Assembly: GCA_038131485.1 (NCBI GenBank)
Contig: JAYPPO010000002.1
Location: 6,908-70,907, forward strand
From: Alphaproteobacteria bacterium
GTDB lineage: Bacteria; Pseudomonadota; Alphaproteobacteria; MPNO01; UBA830
Length of the DNA stretch: 64,000 bases
Reading direction: 5' to 3'
Under the pieces are notes generated by a model. It saw nothing but the letters and a program-made list of their open reading frames with translations. It ran no database searches and was not told where the DNA came from. Positions 52,605 to 62,955 of this stretch are shown piece after piece; position 1 is the first letter of the stretch, and each line of letters begins with the position of its first letter. The position numbers and the translations under genes are program-made.

Positions 52605-53684
52605 TCAGAGCCGTTCCAGAAGGGTGATATAGCCTCGGACGGGTTCGCCGTATTCGGTCCTGAGCGAATCCTCGACGCCCTTCACTTCGAGGAACCCGGC
52701 CGCCGTGGCCGCTTTTCTGACATAGGCAGGCTTATGCGCGTAGCGGCCCGAGCTCGTGAGCGAGTAGCCCCGTTTAGCTTGGGACTCGACCGAAAAGACG
52801 AGGTGGCCGCCTGGGCGCAGGGCAACCGCGGCGGCCGCCAGCGTCTCGGACAGTTCGCCGATGTAGCAGAACACGTCGGCAGCGACGATCAGGTCGAAGG
52901 CCTTCGGGCGAGAGCGGAAACAAGCTGAAATCTCGTCTTCGATCAGCTCGTCATAAATGTCACGCTCCTTCGCCCGCCTGAGCATTTCCGTCGATAGATC
53001 AACGCCAACGAGCTGGCGGGCGTGATCTCGAAAATCTATGCCGGCCAGCCCGGTGCCGCACCCAGCATCCAGTATATCCAGGCCCTCGTGCGGCTCCGAG
53101 CAGGCGTATAGAAACAGGTCGTAGATCAACTTGGGCGCGCAGTAGTCAAGATCGTCGAGAAGCTGGCGATCGAAATCTTCAGCGAAGTGATCGAACGTCT
53201 CGCGCACATACGCGTCACTCGCCTTCAACGGCTTTGGACCGTCACCCAGCGCTGCCACCATGTGACGAGCCTCGGCGTCGCCAGGGTAACGGTCGAGATA
53301 CGCACGGTACCAATATAGAGATTCGGCGACATCGTCATTTCCATGGCAGGACTCCGCGAGGCCCCAGATTGCATCGCTATGGTTGGGATCAAGATCCAGT
53401 ACTCGCAGGTAGCAGCGCTTAGCGACGTCGTAGTGGCCGGCCATCAGCGCCGTGCGAGCGACCTTGTAGGCGCTCTCTGCCTCAATGGCGCAGGCCCGTT
53501 TCCGTTCCTTCACGGCGTCGCCGGACGCCGCTCCGCTCTCCACGAGGTAAGCAAGCGCCTGAGCCGCGGCGAGATGCTTAGGCTGGTCCCTCAGGATTTC
53601 TCGATAGAGTTTTGCGGCGTCCGCTGATCGGCCTTCCGCCCCCAGGAAGTTGGCAGTTTCGAAGCGCTGCGGTTTGTCAGCCAT
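52605..53684 (-). CDS. TPR-repeat protein fused to a class I SAM-dependent methyltransferase domain
   Basis: N-terminal TPR-like repeats (AAKLYREIL..., CYLRVLDLDPNHSDAIWGLAE, YRAYLDRYPGDAEA). C-terminal motif I LDAGCGTGLAG and VGVDLS. Confidence 0.8.
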   Translation of the reverse strand: MADKPQRFETANFLGAEGRSADAAKLYREILRDQPKHLAAAQALAYLVESGAASGDAVKERKRACAIEAESAYKVARTALMAGHYDVAKRCYLRVLDLDPNHSDAIWGLAESCHGNDDVAESLYWYRAYLDRYPGDAEARHMVAALGDGPKPLKASDAYVRETFDHFAEDFDRQLLDDLDYCAPKLIYDLFLYACSEPHEGLDILDAGCGTGLAGIDFRDHARQLVGVDLSTEMLRRAKERDIYDELIEDEISACFRSRPKAFDLIVAADVFCYIGELSETLAAAAVALRPGGHLVFSVESQAKRGYSLTSSGRYAHKPAYVRKAATAAGFLEVKGVEDSLRTEYGEPVRGYITLLERL

Positions 53685-54123
53685 GGTGGATATTGGGAAA
53701 CGCCTCTCGCGCTGGAGGGAACCGCACCAACAATGCGGACGGTTGCTTTCGGACAGCTGGCTCGCCTTGCATTAGAGGTTTCCCTCGCCTTGCCCCTTAA
53801 CGCCGCAGGACGGCTGTACGGCGTTTACTGACCGGTCCAGACGCAAAACCGCAGGCGTGCTGTAAAAGACTTCGTCGTCGAGGCTCAGCCTGGCGAGTTC
53901 CGCGCGCTGGTCGAGGTTGTCGGAAACGCCGTTATGTACGTCGTTCGTTTTACTAGGCCATAAAAGAGCAGCACCTTGCCGCCTTTTTCGAACTAACATT
54001 TGCGCGTCCATCAAATACGCGACGTATCAACATGATCAACCGCTCATATCATGGCACGTCTATACAGTTTTTAAAGCGACGAAATCTGGTAAAGCTGGGC
54101 CTTTTTGTTTACGATCTGTTCTC

Positions 54124-54561
54124 ATGAACACCGCTGTACAATCGCTTGATGCGACGGAGACGACGGAACTGCTAACGCGGGGCGTCTGCCGGCTGTTCCA
54201 ACGCCTCGGCTGCGGCACGCTGACCGAATTCAAGCTGTCGAACGGCCGGCGGGTCGACGTCATGGCGATCGACCGAAACGGCGATTTCGTAATCATCGAA
54301 GTCAAAAGCACGGTCAGCGACTATCGCGGCGACCGGAAGTGGCATGAATACCTCCCTTTCAGCGAACGGTTTTACTTTGCTGTGCCGCAAGGATTTCCGC
54401 TGCACCTCCTGCCCGACGACTGCGGGCTGATCGTGGCCGACCCTTTCGAGGCGGCCGTTCGGCGGGAGAGTCTGTCTCGGAAAATCAACCCCAGCCGCAA
54501 ACGCCGCCAGCTTGTCCGCTTCGCGCTCACGGCCAGCGACCGCCTTGGAAATATAGATTAA
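54124..54561 (+). CDS. MmcB-family DNA repair protein (PD-(D/E)xK-like)
   Basis: TEFKLSNGRRVDVMAIDRNGDFVIIEVKSTVSDYRGDRKWHEYLPFSERFYFAVP. ATG at 54124. Confidence 0.75.
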   Translation: MNTAVQSLDATETTELLTRGVCRLFQRLGCGTLTEFKLSNGRRVDVMAIDRNGDFVIIEVKSTVSDYRGDRKWHEYLPFSERFYFAVPQGFPLHLLPDDCGLIVADPFEAAVRRESLSRKINPSRKRRQLVRFALTASDRLGNID

Positions 54562-55334
54562 TAGAAATTAGACCACTTCTACGAATTTAGGATCTATTTC
54601 ATGATCTTTTTATTTTTAGGTTTCATTAATAACAATTAATTATTCTAAAATTAGAAATAAAATAAAAAATCATTGGCCCCAAATATACGGAATAGGCAGC
54701 ATGTTGTTGACGGCCGCTATGGCCGCTGGATGCACTGCGAACCCGGGCTCGCGCGCTTCCCTTGCCCCGAAAAGTATCACCGTGTTGGAGATGGAGCGGA
54801 CGACGCTCCTCCTGAAGAAAGGGGACATAGCATCGCCCAGCTGCTGCAAATTCGAATATGGCCGGCAGTAGCCCGAACATCTCCAGTACATCAGCACGTT
54901 TCTGGCACGCGATCTACAGCGGATGAACGAGCGCATCGTTCATATTACACGGCGTCACAACATGTGCATGTCGCATAACACACTGTCGATCAGCTGCTGA
55001 ATTGAAACACAGCGGCTCAAACGCTTCTCGATCAATAGTAGAGGCTTCCCCAGAGCGCCGTTGCGACGGCGAAATTCGTCTGCGCGCTACCGGAGCAGTA
55101 GAAAGAGACCGCCTAGTCGTGATGGCGGACATAGGGTTTATGGCGTCGTCCGCAGAACCTCCGCGGCCTCGTCGCCCCGCCCGCGCAGCTGCGGAAGGCC
55201 GACGAAAAAGCCCGGTCATAATGGGCAAAGGCGGCGGGAGGTGAGAAAATACTGAGGGAAGCCGAACAGCGCCGAAGCCAGCAGGCACCACACATGTTCG
55301 GGGTTCCATAGCCTTGATTTTCCGGGCGGGAAAC

Positions 55335-56798
55335 CTACTCAGGCTTCATCCGCGCGATCGTCGCCGTCGTGCTGAACCCAGGGACGAGATCGGCGAGCAC
55401 AACCTCGCCGCCGTAGGACTGAACGAAGTCCGCGCCAACAACGTTCTCGACGGTATAGTCCGCACCCTTGACCAACACGTCGGGCCGGACCGCGTGCAGC
55501 AGCCGTTCGGGCGTATCCTCCTCGAACACGATGACGAGGTCGACGGATTCGAGCGAGCGAAGCACCGCGGAACGCGCCGCTTCGGTCTGAACAGGGCGGC
55601 TCTCGCCCTTGATGCGTTTCACGGACGCGTCGGAATTGAGCCCTACCACCAGCCGATCGCAGGCCGCGCGGGCTCGGGCAAGCAGCGAGACATGGCCGGG
55701 ATGCAGTAGGTCGAAGCAGCCGTTGGTGAAGCCAACCCTTTCACCACGTGCCTGCCAGTCGCGAATCCGCCCGAGCGCCGCCTCAAGCAACGGCGGCGTC
55801 TTCGACGCAGCCGGATTGCCGCCTAGCTCGTCCAGCAAATCCTCTGGATATACAACGGCGGTTCCCATCTTCCCGACGACGACCCCCGCGGCAACATTGG
55901 CGAGACGCGCCGCGTCGAGCATCGGCATGCCGGCGGCAATTCCGACGGCCAGCGTCGCGACGACGGTGTCGCCCGCACCGGACACGTCGAATACCTCGCG
56001 CGCTTCGGAGCTGAAATGCGTCGCATTTTCACCGGTCACCAAAGACATTCCCTGCGCGCCGCGCGTCACCAGCATGGCGCCGTTGCCAGCCGCGGCGATC
56101 TGACTGCGCGCGGCGGCAACAATGGCGACCTCAGTACCGAGGTCGCTGTCAGAGGCTTCCGCAAGCTCCTTCAGGTTCGGCGTGATAAGCGTGGCGCCAG
56201 CATAGCGCTTAAAGTTGCGCGATTTCGGATCAACGATCACTGGAACGTTTGCCCTCGCTGCTGCCACCGCGACCCGCCTCATCAGCCCGTCGGTCACAAC
56301 GCCCTTGGCGTAGTCGGAAACGATCAGCACCGTGGCAGTGCCGAGCGCGGCTTCTACAGCGTCGGCCAGCATACCGGCGGTTACGTCGTCGACCTCTTCG
56401 ACGGTTTCGCGGTCCGCCCGCAGAAGCTGCTGGCCGCCGGCGACAAAGCGCGTCTTGCTGGTAGTAGTACGGCCCGGAAGCCGCAATATCGTCGCGGTGA
56501 CGCCCTTGAGATTCTCGATGAGGAGATCAACGTCGCGTGCAATGTCGTCGTCTCCGGTCGCGGTGACGAAGCTTACCTCGGCGCCGAGCGACACGAGGTT
56601 ACGCACGACATTTCCTGCGCCGCCGAGCATGGCCGTCTCGCAGGACACACGGCAGACGGGGATCGGCGCCTCTGGCGACAGGCGAACGACATCACCGTAG
56701 ACGAACCGGTCGAGCATCACGTCACCGACGCAGATGACCCTCGTCCCGGCGAGCGAGGGAACGGCAACGGCGAGCTTAGAAGCCTTATCTCCCATCAT
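55335..56798 (-). CDS. hldE: Bifunctional D-beta-D-heptose 7-phosphate kinase / D-beta-D-heptose 1-phosphate adenylyltransferase
   Basis: Ribokinase-like N-domain (VICVGDVMLDRF, DVSGAGDTVVA) and cytidylyltransferase C-domain (GFTNGCFDLLHPGH). Confidence 0.9.
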   Translation of the reverse strand: MMGDKASKLAVAVPSLAGTRVICVGDVMLDRFVYGDVVRLSPEAPIPVCRVSCETAMLGGAGNVVRNLVSLGAEVSFVTATGDDDIARDVDLLIENLKGVTATILRLPGRTTTSKTRFVAGGQQLLRADRETVEEVDDVTAGMLADAVEAALGTATVLIVSDYAKGVVTDGLMRRVAVAAARANVPVIVDPKSRNFKRYAGATLITPNLKELAEASDSDLGTEVAIVAAARSQIAAAGNGAMLVTRGAQGMSLVTGENATHFSSEAREVFDVSGAGDTVVATLAVGIAAGMPMLDAARLANVAAGVVVGKMGTAVVYPEDLLDELGGNPAASKTPPLLEAALGRIRDWQARGERVGFTNGCFDLLHPGHVSLLARARAACDRLVVGLNSDASVKRIKGESRPVQTEAARSAVLRSLESVDLVIVFEEDTPERLLHAVRPDVLVKGADYTVENVVGADFVQSYGGEVVLADLVPGFSTTATIARMKPE

Positions 56799-56802
56799 AG
56801 GC

Positions 56803-57225
56803 TCAGCCGCACCGCTGCTCGAGCACGTCGCATAGCATCTGGCAGAGCATGATGTTCATTTCCTGGATCCGCGCGGTCGTCTGCGAGGGCACGATTAGCG
56901 GGGGATCAGCGAGGTCGAGAAGCGCGCCGCCCGACTTGCCCGATAGGGCCGCAGCAGTAACGCCCATTTTCCGCGCAACCTTTAGCGCTTCGGTGACGTT
57001 CGGGCTCTTGCCGGAGGTGATGAGATGCTGGGCGTCGCCTGCACTGCCGCCGTTTCCGAAGAACGCAATCTTATTGCCGCGCTTGACCGCTTCCGTACAG
57101 ATGTCGCACAGACGCATGAACTCACCCTTTAGCGCGCGCGTCGCCTGCACAACCCCTTCATGCTTGTTCAGTTCCGAGTCGAAATAAGCGCTCAGATCCA
57201 CGTTGCGTTTCCCTCCGTCAGCCAT
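56803..57225 (-). pseudogene. gmhA: Phosphoheptose isomerase with an in-frame internal deletion of about 55 aa
   Basis: KIAFFGNGGSAGDAQHL is joined directly to ITSGKSPNVTEALKVARKMGV...ARIQEMNIMLCQMLCDVLE. Characterised GmhA proteins have roughly 55 residues between these two motifs. 140 aa instead of about 190. Confidence 0.6.
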
Positions 57226-57624
57226 GCGACGGAATTTAAGCCACCGCTCACGGGGCCAGTTCCGCGTCAATGTATATGATATCGCCTCGAACCTTTCGCC
57301 GATATCCTTAATCCAGAACCAGGATTTAGCGTAGGTCCTTGCGTTGCACCCCAGCGCCGCGCGTAGGTCTAGATCTACCGTCCGCACCTCGGCACGGGTG
57401 GTGACTGCTCCAACGTAGCGCGAAGACGCGACGCGGCCCGCACCGACCCCGCCCACTAAACGCGACATGGCTTCGGCGCCGGCGACGCCGCTGCCGGTAG
57501 GGGGGGGCTTAACCGGCCCAAAACGGGCTTCGTCGTGCCTATGCGTCAGTGGCTGCTGCGGGACTACCCGTCGGCGACGGAGCGCAACATTACCTGAGCA
57601 AGCCCCTTGGCGATTAGTCGGGCG

Positions 57625-58578
57625 TCAGACTCTTCCCGACAGTAATGCGTCGAAATAGTCGATGGTCCGGCGGAGGCCAGTATCCAGATCTATCGTTGGG
57701 TTCCAGCCGAGCTCCTTTACCGCCAGCGAGATATCGGGACACCGACGGGCCGGGTCATCCATCGGCAGGCCCTGGAATACGACTTTGCTGCCGCTACCCA
57801 CCATCTCGATAACCTTCTCGGCTAGATCAAGGATCGTGAACTCGCTGGGATTGCCTAGATTGACCGGACCAGTGAAATCGTCTCCGGCATCCATTAGCCT
57901 CAGAAATCCCTCAACGAGGTCGTCGACATAGCAAAAAGCCCGAGTTTGCAAACCGTCGCCGTAAACAGTGATATCCTCGCCGCGAATAGCCTGAACAATA
58001 AAGTTCGACACTACACGGCCGTCGTTCGGGTGCATACGCGGTCCGTAGGTATTGAAGATCCGCGCAACCTTGATATTGAGCCCGTGCTGGCGGTGGTAGT
58101 CGAAGAAGAGAGTCTCTGCGCAGCGCTTCCCTTCGTCGTAGCAGGCGCGGAGCCCGATGGGGTTGGTATTACCCCAATAGGCCTCGTGCTGGGGATGGAT
58201 CTTGGGATCTCCATAGACCTCGCTAGTCGACGCCTGGAAGACCTTCGCGCGTAAGCGCTTCGCGAGGCCCAGCATGTTTATTGCGCCGTGGACGCTAGTT
58301 TTCGTGGTCTGGACCGGATCGTGCTGGTAATGCACTGGCGAGGCAGGACAGGCGAGATTGTAAATCTCATCGACCTCGACATAGAGCGGGAAGGTCACGT
58401 CATGACGCATTATCTCGAAACGCGGGTTGTCATGCAAATGCGCGATATTATCCTTCGAGCCGGTGAAATAGTTGTCGACGCACAGCACGTCGCACCCCTG
58501 TTCGAGCAGACGTTCGCACAAATGCGAGCCGATGAACCCGGCACCGCCGGTTATCAAGACTTTCTTTGCGATCGACAT
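57625..58578 (-). CDS. UDP-glucuronate decarboxylase (UDP-xylose synthase), extended SDR
   Basis: [40 protein letters not shown] catalytic Y-x3-K. Confidence 0.9.
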   Translation of the reverse strand: MSIAKKVLITGGAGFIGSHLCERLLEQGCDVLCVDNYFTGSKDNIAHLHDNPRFEIMRHDVTFPLYVEVDEIYNLACPASPVHYQHDPVQTTKTSVHGAINMLGLAKRLRAKVFQASTSEVYGDPKIHPQHEAYWGNTNPIGLRACYDEGKRCAETLFFDYHRQHGLNIKVARIFNTYGPRMHPNDGRVVSNFIVQAIRGEDITVYGDGLQTRAFCYVDDLVEGFLRLMDAGDDFTGPVNLGNPSEFTILDLAEKVIEMVGSGSKVVFQGLPMDDPARRCPDISLAVKELGWNPTIDLDTGLRRTIDYFDALLSGRV

Positions 58579-58851
58579 GGGAAATTCTCAGAAGGCTTAT
58601 CCAAAGTCGGCAAAATCTACCATCGTTGTCGGCCGATTGCGACTTACCGATTGCCCCGTGCGGGTTTCGTTCAGGACTGAGCCCAGCAGCCCTCCGGGAT
58701 GCCGACGTGCAGCCCCAAAAAGCCTCAAAAGCGAAGCAGCGCTTTGTGAAGAGGGATATTTAGCTGCGTGCCGCGCAATAGTTCGCGCGCCAGTACCTTC
58801 CTCGTCAGCGGGTCGGCCGCGAACAGCGAACGGTAATCCCGAACGAACTTC

Positions 58852-59277
58852 TCAAAGGCGCGGCCGCGCAGGCCCAATCGCGCCGCGCGTAGGCCTGTGG
58901 GAATCAAAGGGTTCAAAAAATTGAGAAACACTAGCATGAAGAACGGCGTCCAAACCTGTGGTTGGAAGCCACTCGCCGAGAGCAAAATACGGATCCCGGT
59001 TCAATCGATCGCATCGATAGCAACTCCTTTGATCCTGCGAGATCAGTAGGTCAGTCGGATAAGGCGCGCGGCCTATGGCGGTTATGTAGTCGACGCCGGA
59101 GGAAAAATCGATGTCGATGATCTCATCGAGCGCTCATTGGCTAGAAAGATAGTTGCTCAATCCCTGCGTATTCGGAACACTCAGACTCACGTGTACGCCA
59201 GGGATACGGAGTTCGTAATCGATGATGATTATCCGCTGCTCGGTCCGGGCCGACAGCGCCGCACTTGATAGCAAGAT
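58852..59277 (-). pseudogene. Remnant of an exopolysaccharide tyrosine autokinase (BY-kinase / ExoP-Wzc C-domain)
   Basis: Minus frame reads ...LSARTEQRIIIIDYELRIPGVHVSLSVPNTQGLSNYLSSQ-TGA-ALDEIIDIDFSSGVDYITAIGRAPYPTDLLISQ.... It matches the ...LLIDADLRRP..H......GLS..L.G......I....G..V..AG...PNP.ELL block. Walker A and the whole N-terminal part are absent, and there is an in-frame stop. Confidence 0.4.
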
Positions 59278-59362
59278 CTATTTATAATGCCGAAAAAAGC
59301 CAAATACTGCGCGTTCATCGAGGACGGCGTCCACAAGGCTCTGATTCAGAAAAAATTCCAAG

Positions 59363-60676
59363 TTAAGGCCGGCCACTGGCAAGGCGGGCGACGGCGCTGG
59401 AAACTGCGATCTTGCCTTCCCGCACATACGCTTCGTGGTTAGAAACGATCTCGTGGGAGTCATAAAGGTAGTTGACCATCATGCCGACAGACTGATCCAG
59501 CCCCTTGTCGGACAGATCCGCCATCCAGTGTAGCCGCTCGATGCTGGCGCCGTTGCCGAGATGGAAGCGCGCCACAGAATCGAGCGGACGACTCTTGCGC
59601 TTCTCCTCGATCAGATAAATGGCGCAAAGGCGCATTAGAGCCGCTTTAAGCTGTTGGCGCATCACGTCGTTTTTGCGCCAGCCACTCAGATGTAGCAATT
59701 CGAGTTCGTCTTCAGTAAGGAATTCTGGCGTTTCGCACATAAGCTTATGATCGAGCCACTTCCTGAAGCCGGGAATCGGCGAAAGGGTAGCGAATCTTTT
59801 TACGTGCGGTAGCTCACGCTGCACCGCATCGACGACCTGCTTGATCAAGAAATTGCCAAAGCTAATCCCCGCGAGACCTTCCTGACAGTTGCTGATGGAA
59901 TAGAAAATCGCGGTGTCCGCCCTCCCGTCCTTCCCGTATTTGGGCGATTCCGCGAGCAGGTCCTGGATCTGGCCAGCGAGACCGTTCGTCAGAGCAACCT
60001 GAACGAAAATCAGCGGCTCGTCAGGCAATGCCGGGTGGAAGAATGCGAAACAGCGTCGGTCTGCTTCGAGACGGCGGCGAAGATCGTCCCAGCCCGCGAT
60101 CTCATGGACAGCTTCGTATTGAATAAGTTTCTCGAGAATGACCGCCGGCGTCCGCCAGTCGATCTGTTCGAACATCAAGAACCCACGATTGAACCAGGAC
60201 GACAGCAAAAGCTTTAGGTCGCGTTCGAGCGGCGCGAGCTGCGGATGACCCGCCAGCGCCGCCAGCAGCCGCGCGCGCATTTTGACGATCGATTCCGTTC
60301 CACTGGGCGCCATGTTCAGGCGGCGAAAGAGTTCCTGACGAGGCGCCTCCGTCGCAGCAGACAAAGTGAGATAGGCTTCGTTGGATGGCTCGTCGGCATA
60401 GGCTCGGGCCGCGGCCTGCAGAACCTTCTCGTCAAGCGAAAAGGCGCGGTTTAGCTCGATCAACAGCTCTAGGCTCTTGTCTTCGTCGAGCGCTTCGCAG
60501 CGCTCGACGATCTCGCTGGCCAACGCGGTACCGGAAGCCTCGCCGCGCGCAGACACTAAATCTCGGCACTGTTCAACGATCGAGGCGACCGACCCGCTCT
60601 GACCGGGCCGGTCGAGATAATGCCGGCCGAGCTCGACCAGTGCGCTCAACATGCTGCTGACACTTACCCGTGCCAT
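59363..60676 (-). CDS. Malonyl-CoA decarboxylase
   Basis: LLSSWFNRGFL, IQYEAVHEI, RRCFAFFHP.LPDEPLIFVQVAL, FYSISNCQ.GL.GISFGNFLIK, ATLSPIPGF are the MCD family blocks. ATG at 60676. Confidence 0.85.
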   Translation of the reverse strand: MARVSVSSMLSALVELGRHYLDRPGQSGSVASIVEQCRDLVSARGEASGTALASEIVERCEALDEDKSLELLIELNRAFSLDEKVLQAAARAYADEPSNEAYLTLSAATEAPRQELFRRLNMAPSGTESIVKMRARLLAALAGHPQLAPLERDLKLLLSSWFNRGFLMFEQIDWRTPAVILEKLIQYEAVHEIAGWDDLRRRLEADRRCFAFFHPALPDEPLIFVQVALTNGLAGQIQDLLAESPKYGKDGRADTAIFYSISNCQEGLAGISFGNFLIKQVVDAVQRELPHVKRFATLSPIPGFRKWLDHKLMCETPEFLTEDELELLHLSGWRKNDVMRQQLKAALMRLCAIYLIEEKRKSRPLDSVARFHLGNGASIERLHWMADLSDKGLDQSVGMMVNYLYDSHEIVSNHEAYVREGKIAVSSAVARLASGRP

Positions 60677-60933
60677 GTTTTCTCCGTTTCGCAGCTCTGC
60701 GTGCACGCACGCCACTGCGCACTTTTTACCGCGGGATTTCAAAAACAGGATGTCAGGCAACCGCCTGTAACGTCTGAGACTTTCGCTAACCCGATTTACC
60801 TGGTCAACAGATCATCGATTTTTGGGCGTCTATAAGCATTAATTTATGTTTTAGAACTCACCAACGAGCGCGGACCGTCTCCAAGAGGATGGGGCAGACC
60901 ACGCGCCGCTTCGGAGCCTGAGACGAGTAATAA

Positions 60934-61601
60934 ATGTCGGCGAAACCGGGCACAGGTAAAAACTCGAGCGAACATTCGGGCACGATAGCGACGGGCGTTT
61001 ACGAGTGCGTTTGCCGCCGGGCACAAAATTGCGCGTCGAGTGCATGCGCGAAAGGTGCAACGTCGGTGCAAGCCCGATACGCGAAGCGCTCAGCCAGCTG
61101 TCTGTCGGAGGCGTCATCCGGCGCGAGGACCCGAAGGGCTTTCGGATGGCCTTAGTCAGCGTGGAAGAGCTCATCAAGACTCGATTCTGGTTCAAGTGAA
61201 CGGCCGTCCGCGAATCTATCGCTAACGGCGATGGCTTAAGGGAGGAGGAATGGCTGCTCGCATTCCGTCGCCTGTCCAAGACACCGCGCGCGGCCGACGC
61301 AACCTCGTACTCGGTCCACTCTCATTGGAAAACGATGCATCGTGCATATCACATAGAGCTGATCGGCGCCTGCGGATCCCGATGGCTGACCGCCTATTGC
61401 GAGCATCTAAACGACCTCGCCCACCGGCACCGGCAACTGGCGATTAGCGCCGCCTATCAGCAGCGGAACGAGCTAGACGAGCACCGCGAGATCATGGATT
61501 CGGCGATCACGGGCGATGCCGACGCCGCGGTATCGGCGCTGGCAGCGCACTACCGCCGGACGGCGGGTATCATCCTCACTACGTCGACGGCCCTCGGCTG
61601 A
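60934..61601 (+). pseudogene. GntR/FadR-type (FCD domain) transcriptional regulator, disrupted
   Basis: wHTH block LPPGTKLRVECMRERCNVGASPIREALSQLSVGGVIRRE and FCD block (HRAYHIELIGACGSRWL...LNDLAHRHRQL). In-frame TGA at 61197-61199. The N-terminal piece (MSAKPGT...TIATGVYECV, from 60934) is in a different frame and the first helix is shortened. Confidence 0.7.
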
Positions 61602-61631
61602 CAGCACTCGGCGAACAAGGACCCTATGGGT

Positions 61632-62300
61632 TCAGAAATCCAGATCAGCATAGTGCTTGGGCGGCGGCTCACCCGGAATGCGATCGGCAAGCACGCCGCG
61701 GAACGAAGGCCGGGATTTGATCCGAGCATACCAGTCCTTCGCCGGTTCGTGATCGGCCCACGGCACATCGTTTATGTAGTCGAGACAAGAGATGTGTGCG
61801 GCCGCCGCAATATCGGCCATCGAGAATTCCTCGCCGGCGAGCCAGTTGCGACGTTCGGTCAACCACGCGATGTAATCGAGATGGATATGCAGGTTCTCGC
61901 GCCCCGCCCTGATTGCGCGGGAGTCAGGGGCGCCGCTCCGCATTAACCGCTTCATCAGCTTCTCGCCGACAAGATTGACCGTCACTTCGCTGTTGAACTT
62001 AAGGTCGAACCAGGCAACCAACCGGCGGATTTCCGCTCGCTCTATTGGCGCGCCAGGAAACAGCGGCGCTCCGGAGAACATCTCTTCCAGATATTCGGTG
62101 ATGGCGGCGGAGTCGGATACCACCGGACCGCCGTCCTCGACCAACACCGGCACTTCGCAGGCAGGATTGAGGGCGAGGAACTCGGGTCTTCTCTCAGCAG
62201 GATTTTCGGCTTTCAGCTCGAAATCGAGCTTTTTCTCGGAAAGGCAGATTCTCACCTTGCGGCAGAATGGCGAAAGCCAAAGATGATAGAGCGTGCGCAT
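61632..62300 (-). CDS. Glutathione S-transferase family protein
   Basis: LYHLWLSPFCRKVRICL, EVPVLVEDG..VSDSAAITEYLEE thioredoxin-like N-domain and helical C-domain. Confidence 0.85.
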   Translation of the reverse strand: MRTLYHLWLSPFCRKVRICLSEKKLDFELKAENPAERRPEFLALNPACEVPVLVEDGGPVVSDSAAITEYLEEMFSGAPLFPGAPIERAEIRRLVAWFDLKFNSEVTVNLVGEKLMKRLMRSGAPDSRAIRAGRENLHIHLDYIAWLTERRNWLAGEEFSMADIAAAAHISCLDYINDVPWADHEPAKDWYARIKSRPSFRGVLADRIPGEPPPKHYADLDF

Positions 62301-62955
62301 TCAGCAGGAACTCCGGAAGGGCCTGCCGTCGGCGAGCCTCGGATGATGTGGGGTAAGCCTCTTAGAGTTTTCCAATAAAATTGGCCGTTGCAAAATATAG
62401 CACCGTAGCTCTCTGAGTAGTTGGCGGATCTGCACCAGGAACGTGTCGCCGCCACTTTAGCCGACGGCTTATCGGTCACAAAATAGTCTACCGACAGTCT
62501 CAGCGCATAGTCATTATCAACTCGCGCCTGATCCTAATTGTCTTTCAGTGTATAGATCTTTTCGATGCCGAAGACGATTTTCTCGAGAAACGCATAGTCG
62601 AGTCCCCACGAACAAGAACACCGAATTCTAAGGGCACGCTTGATTATGCCGTGGGACTACCGACATTCGCCTGGCAGCTAGTAGATTGGTCCGGTTCCAG
62701 TCCAACTCAGCCACGAAATCGATAATAGTCCGCGATTTTAAGGACGACTCTCCGTAGTTTTGGGTTCTTCAGGTCACCCCGAACTGCATAAACGTCAGAT
62801 TACTCGCATCGAACTGTAGCCTATGGAGTGCTACGAATGAATCATTGTCCTGCGTAAGCCAGGTGGCTCCGATATTGTGGTCGGAACACCTGAAATCGCC
62901 TCGGGCGCGACGAGGAAGGTCTCGCCGGCATGACGGAGATAGGCGAGGTTGTCCC

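Noticed and set aside
53772-54014. 80-aa minus-strand ORF upstream of the TPR-methyltransferase.
   Set aside because: No motif recognised, and it sits in a divergent promoter region. Insufficient support to call a gene.
57226-57468. Upstream 81-codon extension of the gmhA ORF (…TYAKSWFWIKDIGERFEAISYTLTRNWPRERW…).
   Set aside because: No similarity to GmhA or any family I recognise. The conserved GmhA N-terminus begins at the ATG at 57225.
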